64,000 nt of DNA, from NCBI GenBank assembly GCA_046331525.1, contig JAXLQQ010000014.1, positions 10,296 through 74,295 on the forward strand, given 5' to 3'. Within the stretch, counting starts at the first letter, position 1. Every line of letters begins with the position of its first letter. The notes under the pieces were generated by a model. It ran no database searches. It saw only the letters and a program-made list of their open reading frames with translations, and was not told the DNA's origin. Of this stretch, positions 38,839 to 47,041 are shown piece after piece. The position numbers were made by a program, and so were the translations under genes. The stretch is from Blastocatellia bacterium (GTDB taxonomy: Bacteria; Acidobacteriota; Blastocatellia; RBC074).

Positions 38839-40001
38839 TGTCCCGAACGATACGTCTTGGCGCGTTTATTTTTGCTGCATTGCTGATTTTCGGCGCAGCA
38901 GTATTTTTGATTGGCGAAAAACAATTTCTCTTTAGCCCGACTTATCATCTGAAAGCGAACTTCGACAACGTCGCGGGCCTGGATGAAGGCGCGCCCGTGC
39001 GCGCAGGCGGCGTGCGCATCGGCACGGTCAATAAAATCCAACTACCCCAAAAGCCAAATGAGAAGGTGCTGATTGAAATGCAGCTCGAAAACTCTACGAA
39101 AGCCGTGATCCGGCAGGATTCCGTAGCCGCTATCGAAACAGAAGGCTTGCTTGGCAGTAAGTATTTGGAGCTGACGTTCGGCTCCGCAGCAGGCGCGCAG
39201 GTGCGCGACGGCGACACATTGCCGAGTCGCCCGCCGCTGGATTACGCGGACATCGCCCGCAAGGCAAGCAACACGATTGATTCGGCGAAGCAGGCAATTG
39301 ATTCCGCGAAGGATGCCATTGACCAATCGAAAGCCGCGATTGGCAACCTCACCGCCGCCACGGATGATGTTAAATCCATCACGAGCAAAATTGATCGTGG
39401 CGAAGGCACCATCGGCGCGTTCGTCAATGACCGTCAAACCTTCGACAACATCAACGCCATGACGACATCACTGCGTAGCGTTGTGACCGAAGCGCAAACC
39501 GGCGTGGTGTCATTTCAGGAAAATATGGAGGCGCTGAAGCATAACTTTCTGCTGCGCGGCTTCTTCAAAGATCGCGGTTATTTTGATTCGTCTGATTTGA
39601 CGCGGTATGCGTTAGATCGCCTGCCGCCGGGAGAACCCGACAAAAAATTTGTCATCACCAGCAAAGACCTTTTTGACAAACCCACAACAGCCAAGTTAGA
39701 CAAAGAAAAACTACTGAATGAAGTCGGAAAATATTTAGAGGCGAATGATTTCGGTGCCGTCGTGATTATTGCGCAAACGGGTTCGCTCGGCTCAAAAGAA
39801 GATAATTTGAAACTTTCGCAAGCCCGTGCTTCTGTCGTGCGGCAATATCTGGCGGAACATTTCAAACTGGATGATTCCCGCATTCGCACGCTGGGCCAAG
39901 GGGAAGGCACGCCCGGCGAAGTGGGGCGCGATGGACGCCTGGAAATCTTAATCTATGGTCAAAACACCAACTTGCGTGTGACCGAAGCGAAAACCAAGTA
40001 G
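38838..40001 (+). CDS. mlaD: MlaD/MCE domain protein fused to a C-terminal OmpA-like domain
   Basis: 387 aa. N-terminal TM, MCE block NFDNVAGLDEGAPVRAGGVRIGTV, Ala/Lys-rich coiled region. C-terminal OmpA-like pattern GSKEDNLKLSQARASVVRQYL...RIRTLGQGEG. The start overlaps the mlaF stop. Confidence 0.8.
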   Translation: MSRTIRLGAFIFAALLIFGAAVFLIGEKQFLFSPTYHLKANFDNVAGLDEGAPVRAGGVRIGTVNKIQLPQKPNEKVLIEMQLENSTKAVIRQDSVAAIETEGLLGSKYLELTFGSAAGAQVRDGDTLPSRPPLDYADIARKASNTIDSAKQAIDSAKDAIDQSKAAIGNLTAATDDVKSITSKIDRGEGTIGAFVNDRQTFDNINAMTTSLRSVVTEAQTGVVSFQENMEALKHNFLLRGFFKDRGYFDSSDLTRYALDRLPPGEPDKKFVITSKDLFDKPTTAKLDKEKLLNEVGKYLEANDFGAVVIIAQTGSLGSKEDNLKLSQARASVVRQYLAEHFKLDDSRIRTLGQGEGTPGEVGRDGRLEILIYGQNTNLRVTEAKTK

Positions 40002-40025
40002 CGGAGGTCGGGAGCTAAGAACCAG

Positions 40026-40118
40026 ATGCAGTACGGTGAGCGTAAGTGACCTGGATTTTGATGAAGTGATACGCTGATCAAAGTGCAGGTCGCTTACGCT
40101 CACCGTACTGCATTTTTG
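40026..40118 (+). terminator. Rho-independent-type terminator: 28-nt arms followed by a T-run
   Basis: ATGCAGTACGGTGAGCGTAAGTGACCTG (40026-40053) pairs with CAGGTCGCTTACGCTCACCGTACTGCAT (40086-40113), followed by TTTTT. Lies between convergent mlaD and the receptor remnant. Confidence 0.75.
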
Positions 40119-41399
40119 CGTGACCAACGTTTCCTGCAATATTCCGCAGCCCAACGATTCCTCTTCCTTACACCTTTTATATTGCAACTCGAAAGATTCA
40201 AGACCAAGCAAAGAGCAGCAAAAAAGGCCGGGAACGATTGCAGTTTCCCGGCCACCAGTAGGTTCAGTATGTCTAAGGAGATTCTTAGAAGGTAAGTTTT
40301 ACAGCCAATTGTACGTGCCGACGACCGCTGCGAATAACGGGAACAAAGCCTGTCGAACTAATGTCCGTTTCGCCATTCAACACAAAGTCATTAGTGTGAT
40401 TGAAGAGATTGAAGAATTCGCCCCGGAATTGCAGCCCTACATCTTCCGCCAATTTGAACCGCTTCGAGACGCCCATATCGATATTCCAGAAACGAGGCCC
40501 CTCAAAGAAATTCCGGCTGGTCGTGCTGGTCGAAAAAGGTGCAAAGCCCGTGTTAACAATCGCCGCGTTGCCCGCCGTCAATCCACTCAGGTCAATGAAA
40601 TTGAAGCGGTTTGGGAATCCGGCCACTGCTGTTGGATCATTCGTGCCAAATTGATTCACGGCACCGGTCAAGGCAACACGCGGGCAGGGCGTTTCGGCAT
40701 TTGTGATGCCTGCACAATTGAACACGCTGAAAGGCGTGCCGCTTTGCACGTTGAAAATGCCCGTCAATTGCCAGCCACCGAATATTTGGCGTGAGATCGC
40801 CGTGCCGGTACCGCCAAAGAAGCGGTCGCCGATTTTTTCAAACGGCACTTCCCAATTGAAGCTTGCAATAAAACGATGGCGGATGTCATAGTCCGACCGC
40901 CCGTAATCATTGCCTGGATCAAAGGGTGCGAGTTGATTAACACCAAACGTGTTCAGTCCCCCAAACCCAAATTGTGAACCAACGTTATCCAAAGATTTTG
41001 CATAACGGTAACGCGCCGTGAATTGCAACCCGATTTGCCGCCAGGTGCCAGCCCAGTGACCGTCAGCCGGGTCTGACGCCGTTATTTTGCAGGGTTAATT
41101 GGCCCAAACGCGCAGGGCGAATGCCATAAGCGCCGCCGTTGCTGCCGCCCACAGCACGCGAGCCCGGGCGATCTGCATTACGCAGCCAGGCAAAACAAAG
41201 CGCAGGTCCCGGAATGCCGTCACAAACCGCGCCGGGTCATTCAAAATCGGCGTTACGTTCCAGCGAATGCGCGCGCGAGCTGGCATTGTCGCCAACGAAT
41301 ATGCGCGGGCGCGAAAGCCCGGGTGGTCAGCAGCGCGCGCGCCACGTCCAGCGACAAACGGCTTCCAGATACGCCTGAGCGGCAGCGTTACCAGTACCA

Positions 41400-43055
41400 G
41401 TGCGGGTAAGGTTAATGAGGCACTGGCGGAAGTCACCTGGTGCTGAGAAATGGGTATCCACAACATCACCAGGAACTGGTCACGTGGTGGATGCCATAGC
41501 TGCTGTGCAATTACAAGGTCTTGGTCATCATTCTGTTTAACCATCTCCATATTATTGAGTGGTAAATGTTATTCACCATTGATCACAGTTCCACTGTGTC
41601 CTCCTGTGCCGGACCTGAAATGCCCAGCAAGGAATCTGTGCTGCTGGGCCATGTCTGTCAAAAGCTCCATAGGAAGTTCGATAAAATCACTGAGGGCAGC
41701 AGCACACCAGCAAACATCAAAATTTCAAAAGCCCCAGTCAGCATTGACAGCGAGGGTGCAAAAAGGAATGCTTTGGAAGGAATCATCTAATCAGGCTGAT
41801 TCAAAACAAAGGATGGTTGCTTATTCAAGGCCCAGATTGCCTGTCCTGGACACCAAACCAGCATTCCATCCTGCCCCATGCCACCGGTCCTGGGCACCAA
41901 CACACAGTGCCCTGTGCCTGGTGTCATGGGGGCCTGGGTGACAGGAATGGCCGGTTAGGAGTTTGAGCAGTGAGCATCCTGTGCGCGGCAGTGAAGGCTC
42001 CACTGCTAATAATTGCTGTTCCTACCAAGAAACCCAGTTGCTCAAACTTATTGAGAACAATTTAACAAACCACCAGATTTGAGGTCAGCAGAACAAATCA
42101 GCAGAAATGGGGCCATGAGTTCTTCCTGCACAGTTCCTGCAAGAAAGCAAAGCAAAGAGAATGCACCATTTATCAGGCCATGCTGATTGTTAGCCCCTGC
42201 TGTGCTGAGCTGTTGCTCATGTAATCCCAGGTCCAGTTCGAGGTTGGGAGGATCCCTTGGGCCAGGAGTTCAAGAGGCTGGCCAACGTAAGAAGGAAGTT
42301 CTCCCAAAAGCCGGGCGCGGAGTCATGCAGCAGGTGGCAACAAACTTCCCTTGAGAGCCAAGGTGAAGGTGTAATCCAAATGTCCAGTCAAGCTCAGGCC
42401 TGTATCCAAAGGAAGCTCAGCCCAAGTCTGCTGTTGTCTGGGGAATTGAGAGTGCTGCTTCCAGAGCCCACAGAGGCCAGAAATGGCTGCCTGCAGGAGC
42501 ACACATCCCAGAGAAGGGCGAATGCTGACTGCACAGTGGCTCTCCAGCTTCAGCGGGGAGCACGCAGGAAAAGGCAGCAGATGCTGCATTGCAGGCCTGC
42601 TGAAGCTGCCAGCACTGAAGGCCATGCTCCACCTGAGTGACCTGGCTGAGCACAGAGAGGAGTGCTGAGGGGAGACGCAAAGAAAACAAACTCAGAGTCC
42701 AAATGAGTTTCCACAGAAGGCAGCAGAATGAACACATCACACTGAGTGTCCAGGAAATGCTGAAGCATTCCCAGTGCTGTTGCTGGAGCCTGTTAGCAGC
42801 AGAGACAGCAGCAGTGACCAGCAGTACCACAAGCTGCCCGGCCACAGGGGAGCTGGGGCTGGGGCTGAGTGCTGCCCCTTCAGCAGGCCCAGAGAGGCTC
42901 AGCAGACGGCGGAGAAACTGCCTTGTTGCATCTGACCCCTCTTTGTACTGGCATCTGAAGAGAAACCAGCCTGTCTCAGGCATGGAGCCAGGGACCAGAC
43001 AGCGCGGCCTCCCCGTCCACTGTATGAGTGACAGTGGCTGGTGCTGCCCACACGG
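41400..43055. other. CpG-depleted, vertebrate-like DNA segment (probable contaminant/chimeric sequence)
   Basis: Hand count: about 23 CpG in 41461-43050, against 9 in 41101-41160. CTG/CAG/CCAGG-rich texture. No ORF with flank-like composition. Contains an Alu-like stretch. Confidence 0.7.
42215..42440 (+). mobile_element. diverged Alu / 7SL-derived SINE-like sequence
   Basis: GCTCATGTAATCCCAGG...GGGAGGATCCCTTGGGCCAGGAGTTCAAGAGGCTGGCCAAC...AAAAGCCGGGCGCGGAGTCATGC...CTTGAGAGCCAAGGTGAAGGT is colinear with the Alu consensus as I recall it. Recognised from memory only. Confidence 0.5.
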
Positions 43056-43856
43056 GGCCCGCTGATGGAGTAAGCAATGTCGCGTTGCCCACCGATACCA
43101 TTGGGATTCGTCGTTTGGGTCACGTTGCCAGAGAGGGTGACCAGATCATACGGATCGCGGGTAATAGTGGGCAATTCCCGAATCTGACGACCGGAAATCG
43201 GATCGGAAAGTTGTTGCGAAGCGGTATTGATTTCAACGCCGCCGCTGCCTTCCACAACCTCCTGATTTTCTGTAACTGGATTTACCGAAAGCTGTGTTTC
43301 CACCCGCCGCGCGGCCCCGACTGAAACGCGGACACGTTGTGTTCGCGGTGCGAACCCTGTGGATTGCACTTGTACATCGTAAAGCCCCGGCTGTAAGCCA
43401 CTGACCAAATAAAATCCGCCGCTGTCTGTGGTCGCGTCACGCACGATTCCAGTGTCAGCAGATTTTACTGTTACAGCTGCGCCAGGGATTGCGGCTCCGC
43501 TTTGGTCAGTGATTTTGCCCGCGATTTGCCCCGCTTCACTCTGTGCCCAAACAGCACAACAAAAAGCAATTAGCAGTAGCACGCCGGGCATCAGGCGGCT
43601 ACGGCAAAAGGAAAGAGATGGCGAAAGATCTATCATTTTTTGACCTCCAAAGGAATATCACCGGCCAGATGTCGGTATGACATCTGTACCATTCAATCTT
43701 GTAATGAGGGAATCTTAGCGTTTGCGGGGAGAACTGGTACGAAGCAAGCGGCAGACCAACTTATTGCGAAAGGAAAGAAGAAAGCTTACTCGTGACAGTT
43801 AATAAGGAGGATTTAATTGTCTGCATCAAACGACTTGTAAAGGCATTGCCAAGGAA

Positions 43857-43980
43857 CGCGCAGCGCCTGGGAGCGCACGCAGCTCGCGTGCTGAGACGTG
43901 ATAAGCAAATTCGCTCCGAGAAAAGGTAACGCTTATAACTTCTTAGCACGCGAGCCGCGTGCGCTCCCAGGCGCTGCGCG
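43857..43980. repeat. 124-nt element with 36-nt terminal inverted repeats (1 mismatch) and a 52-nt AT-richer centre
   Basis: CGCGCAGCGCCTGGGAGCGCACGCAGCTCGCGTGCT (43857-43892) versus the reverse complement of 43945-43980, CGCGCAGCGCCTGGGAGCGCACGCGGCTCGCGTGCT. Lies between the TPR stop and the receptor start. Confidence 0.8.
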
Positions 43981-43991
43981 CTCTCGCTCGG

Positions 43992-44819
43992 TTATTTGAA
44001 TTTCGACGAATTTTTCGGGGCTGCCGCTGTCGAATCAGTCATCATTTGCTCTTTATTTTTGGCCTTAATGCGGTCTATGCGTACCTGCAAGCTATCCTTT
44101 AATTCAGGATTCCGCTGCAAACATTGGGCAAAATCCTGTGCGGCCTCCGATTCTTTGCCCAGCAATAATTTTGTGATTCCCCGTTCGGCCCAGTATTCGG
44201 CCCGGTTTTGATTCAGCTTAATGGCCTGATCGAAATCTGTCAGGGCCGCACGGAATTGCCCCTGCATCAACTGCGCCGTACCGCGATGATACCAGGCCGA
44301 GGGCGGGCGCGGATTCAATTCAATCGCGCGGTTGTAATCACTGATCGCGCCGGTTGCATCCTGTTTTAGCTGTCGCACCAGCCCCCGACTGTGATACGCC
44401 GTCGCATAGCGGGGATTTAAACGAATAGCTTCGGCAAAATCGGTCAGCGCGCCTTCCGCATCGCCTTTTGCAGCCTTGGCGTTGCCTCGATTGTTCCAGG
44501 CTTCGGCGTAGGTGGCCTGTAAGGTAAGCGCTTTAGTGCAATCAGCAATCGCCTCGTCAAAACGTTTTTGTAGGTAATGCACCACGCCGCGATTGTTCCA
44601 GGCTTCGGCCAACTGCGGATTGAAAATCAGCGCGATGCCATAATCCGCCGCGGCACCATCCAGATCGCCCTGTTTTTGCCGTTCATTCGCGCGATTATAA
44701 TAATCGCCCGCCGACCCCGCCCGCGAAGCCTGCGCCCACAAGGGCAATGACAGCAGACCAAGCCACAAGAGTCGTAAAAAAAGTACTCGCGCAATCAGTG
44801 GAGGAGTCATGTTTTTCAT
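43992..44819 (-). CDS. TPR repeat protein, secreted
   Basis: 275 aa. Signal peptide LWLGLLSLPLWAQA. About six TPR units (AEAWNNRG..., YAEAWNNRGNAKAAKGD..., AIRLNPRYATAYHSRG...). Confidence 0.85.
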   Translation of the reverse strand: MKNMTPPLIARVLFLRLLWLGLLSLPLWAQASRAGSAGDYYNRANERQKQGDLDGAAADYGIALIFNPQLAEAWNNRGVVHYLQKRFDEAIADCTKALTLQATYAEAWNNRGNAKAAKGDAEGALTDFAEAIRLNPRYATAYHSRGLVRQLKQDATGAISDYNRAIELNPRPPSAWYHRGTAQLMQGQFRAALTDFDQAIKLNQNRAEYWAERGITKLLLGKESEAAQDFAQCLQRNPELKDSLQVRIDRIKAKNKEQMMTDSTAAAPKNSSKFK

Positions 44820-45080
44820 CCCAGTAAGTATAGGTTAGACCAACAGCATTCCTGTTAGTTGCCTAAAAATTGTTTGATCGAATCGTTGCAGGAAGGTGAG
44901 TTTAGGTGTAGCAATCTTTGCATCAGGGCAGTATCTGCTACGGCCAGCAGGCTAGAGCAAGCAAATGAAGATTGTCAAGAAAAGAACTGTAATTGGCCTA
45001 TTTCTAATATTAAAAACGAGGGCCAGGCGATTATAAAACTACTTTGAGCTAGAATGACGCTACTCAGGAAGGATACAAAA

Positions 45081-45134
45081 ACTGATCAGGCAAACTATCG
45101 TCTTCCCCCGTGAACAATAGTTTGTCTGATCAGT
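45081..45134. repeat. 18-bp-stem hairpin in the lower-G+C intergenic region
   Basis: ACTGATCAGGCAAACTAT (45081-45098) pairs with ATAGTTTGTCTGATCAGT (45117-45134) with one mismatch. Contains GGCAAAC / GTTTGTC. Confidence 0.6.
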
Positions 45135-45579
45135 GCGGCTTCCTCATATTAGGACCAGGAAGTACACTCCCCAATGCACTCCTTCGGATGGCCTGCAGAC
45201 ACCCGCTCCACATACAAGGTTAGCTATAGTCGAAAAATGACTACACCCTCTCCAAGCAAGCTTGATGCCATAAACCCTCTTGCTCGTAATTAACTGGCCA
45301 ACCGCTATAACTTTGTAGAGTTGCCTTATTACCCCCCTTCATTTTCCGATAAGTAGCAGTGAGACGCTCATCATAATTTAAGCATTTCGCCAGCGATTTA
45401 GTACAAGTTAGTCCAACTAAGATTATTCATACTGTTTCATCGCAGAACGAAAAGTACGATTTAAATACACATAACTGCTAGTTGCGCAGACACAAGGTCT
45501 GAGCAAGCGGACGAAACGCCTATCGCCTGGCCTAGGATTTGCCCTAGCTTTTACGACCACTAAGCCGGAGGAATAAATT

Positions 45580-45759
45580 ATGGCGAATCAAATTGATCTT
45601 GTTTGCGGAACACCAATCTCTGCACAAACAAACGTGCAATCAGAATATTTGGGGCAAATCTATTATTTTTGCTCCGAAGGTTGTAAGCATAAATTCGATC
45701 AACGGCCTGAGGATTACCTAGTCAAAGGGCAGAGTTCTTCAATAGCAACAGACCCCTAG
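45580..45759 (+). CDS. YHS domain-containing small protein
   Basis: 59-aa ORF, below the ORF-track cutoff. GGAGGA RBS 8 nt upstream of the ATG. MANQIDLVCGTPI...GQIYYFCSEGCKHKFDQRPEDY matches the YHS/TRASH pattern. Confidence 0.7.
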   Translation: MANQIDLVCGTPISAQTNVQSEYLGQIYYFCSEGCKHKFDQRPEDYLVKGQSSSIATDP

Positions 45760-46108
45760 CACGACTGATCCATAAATTAATGTCTGTGGGGAATAATTCA
45801 ATTACTAAAGAGCTGAGCAGACAAAATGCTTGCCGTTTTCCTTCACTCCTTGCAGTAAAGATACGTTTGTACTTTACGCGGGAACAGAAAGTAATTCGAC
45901 CTATTAGAATAACACCTTCTGGTATGGTGTTTGCTGCGGTCACGCTTGCAACGGTGCAGGCAAAGTTCGTTTTGGATGAAGCCATCGCCGTCTCGTTTTC
46001 AATGCAAATAAGTATAAAGGAGGCTAGCAAAATTTATTAGCTGCACTCTTTATCATCAGCTTTTGTCCATTGAAATCTTGATACTGAGTAAAAAAGGATG
46101 ACGAAATT

Positions 46109-46570
46109 ATGGATGCACTAAATCAGTTAATTCAGGATCACCGCAAAGTTGCTGAGCTTTTTGAGCAGTTTGAAGCAACTGAGAATGAACAGGAATGCCA
46201 GCGTATTTTCCAGCAAATTCACCAGGAGCTGGAAGTTCACACACAATTGGAAGAAACGGCTCTCTATCCAGCCTTGCAACAATACGAAGAACTCAAGGAC
46301 ATCACGCTGGAAGCCATCGAAGAACACCGGCAGGTCAAAACGCTTCTACGTGAAGTGAGTAATCTGACCAAAGGGAGCGAAAAGATGCAGGCCAAAGTAA
46401 AGGTCATGCAGGAAAATATTGAGCATCACGTCAAAGAAGAAGAAAAAGAAATGTTTCCGCTGATCAGACAGGCTATTCCAAGCGAAGACCTGCTGCGCAT
46501 TGGGCAGGACTTACAACAAAAGCGCACCGAGTTGCAAAAGACTGCCAAAGCGCAGTCCAGTCGTAAGTAA
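46109..46570 (+). CDS. hemerythrin (HHE cation-binding) domain protein
   Basis: 153 aa. LIQDHRKVAELFEQFE, ELEVHTQLEETALYPAL, AIEEHRQVKTLL, IEHHVKEEEKEMFP. Confidence 0.85.
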   Translation: MDALNQLIQDHRKVAELFEQFEATENEQECQRIFQQIHQELEVHTQLEETALYPALQQYEELKDITLEAIEEHRQVKTLLREVSNLTKGSEKMQAKVKVMQENIEHHVKEEEKEMFPLIRQAIPSEDLLRIGQDLQQKRTELQKTAKAQSSRK

Positions 46571-46680
46571 TATTGGTACGGGCAAGTGCCAATAAACTAT
46601 TTCCCATCGAAAAAGCTGCCTGTGTTGGTTTCACTGCCAGCACGGGCAGTTTGCTGTGTCTTTCAGAAAGGAGCCTATCT

Positions 46681-46872
46681 ATGCCGCAAGGAGATAAATC
46701 AAAATATACAGACAAACAAAAACGTATGGCAGAACATATTGAGGAAGGTTACAAGGAGCGTGGCGTTGCGGATGACGAAGCCGAAGCCCGCGCCTGGGCG
46801 ACTGTCAATAAACACGACGGTGGAGGGAAAAAGAGTGGCGCTGGCAGAGCCAAAAAGACGGAAAAAAAATAA
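46681..46872 (+). CDS. small basic conserved hypothetical protein
   Basis: Start set at MPQGDKSKYTDKQKRMAEHIEEGY (ATG 46681, AAGGAG RBS). 63 aa with a Lys/Gly-rich tail. The motif KYTDKQKR.AEHIEEGY recurs in small stress-associated proteins as I recall. Confidence 0.6.
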   Translation: MPQGDKSKYTDKQKRMAEHIEEGYKERGVADDEAEARAWATVNKHDGGGKKSGAGRAKKTEKK

Positions 46873-47041
46873 GTGGACGACAAGCAAGATGTTTGTCGCG
46901 GACTCTGCAAGCTTAATTGCGGCAGCAAAAAAGAGGCTTGCTGTACTTTGATCAATACTCAACGCAAAATCGCACTATTCAAAAAATAACGTACTTTTTC
47001 GTCAGCATAAAAAGTATCGAAAGGTAGTCAAACAAGTACAG

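Larger units (their letters stand above)
40285..43636 (-). pseudogene. TonB-dependent receptor (CarboxypepD_reg-type), disrupted
   Basis: N-terminal part (43636 to about 43058): signal peptide, GKITDQSGAAIPGAAVTV...GFYLVSGLQPGLYDV, plug ...ELPTITRDPYDLVTLSGNV. C-terminal barrel (41094 to 40285): ...YRYAKSLDN...DIRHRF...GGWQLTGI...FRGEFFNLFNHTN...VQLAVKLTF. In-frame TAA at 41095-41097. The middle has no continuous frame. Confidence 0.8.

Noticed and set aside
41400-43055. ORFs within the CpG-poor segment (41450-41941, 42257-42640, 42417-42983, 42637-43065) as novel bacterial genes
   Set aside because: Their composition (Cys/Ser/Leu/Gln-rich, no RBS, mutually overlapping on both strands) and the Alu-like content indicate non-coding eukaryote-like DNA read through by chance.
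45722-46040. Overlapping 102-aa (-) and 86-aa (+) ORFs downstream of the YHS gene
   Set aside because: They are mutually exclusive, lack an RBS and recognisable motifs, and lie in an AT-richer patch where random ORFs of this size are expected.
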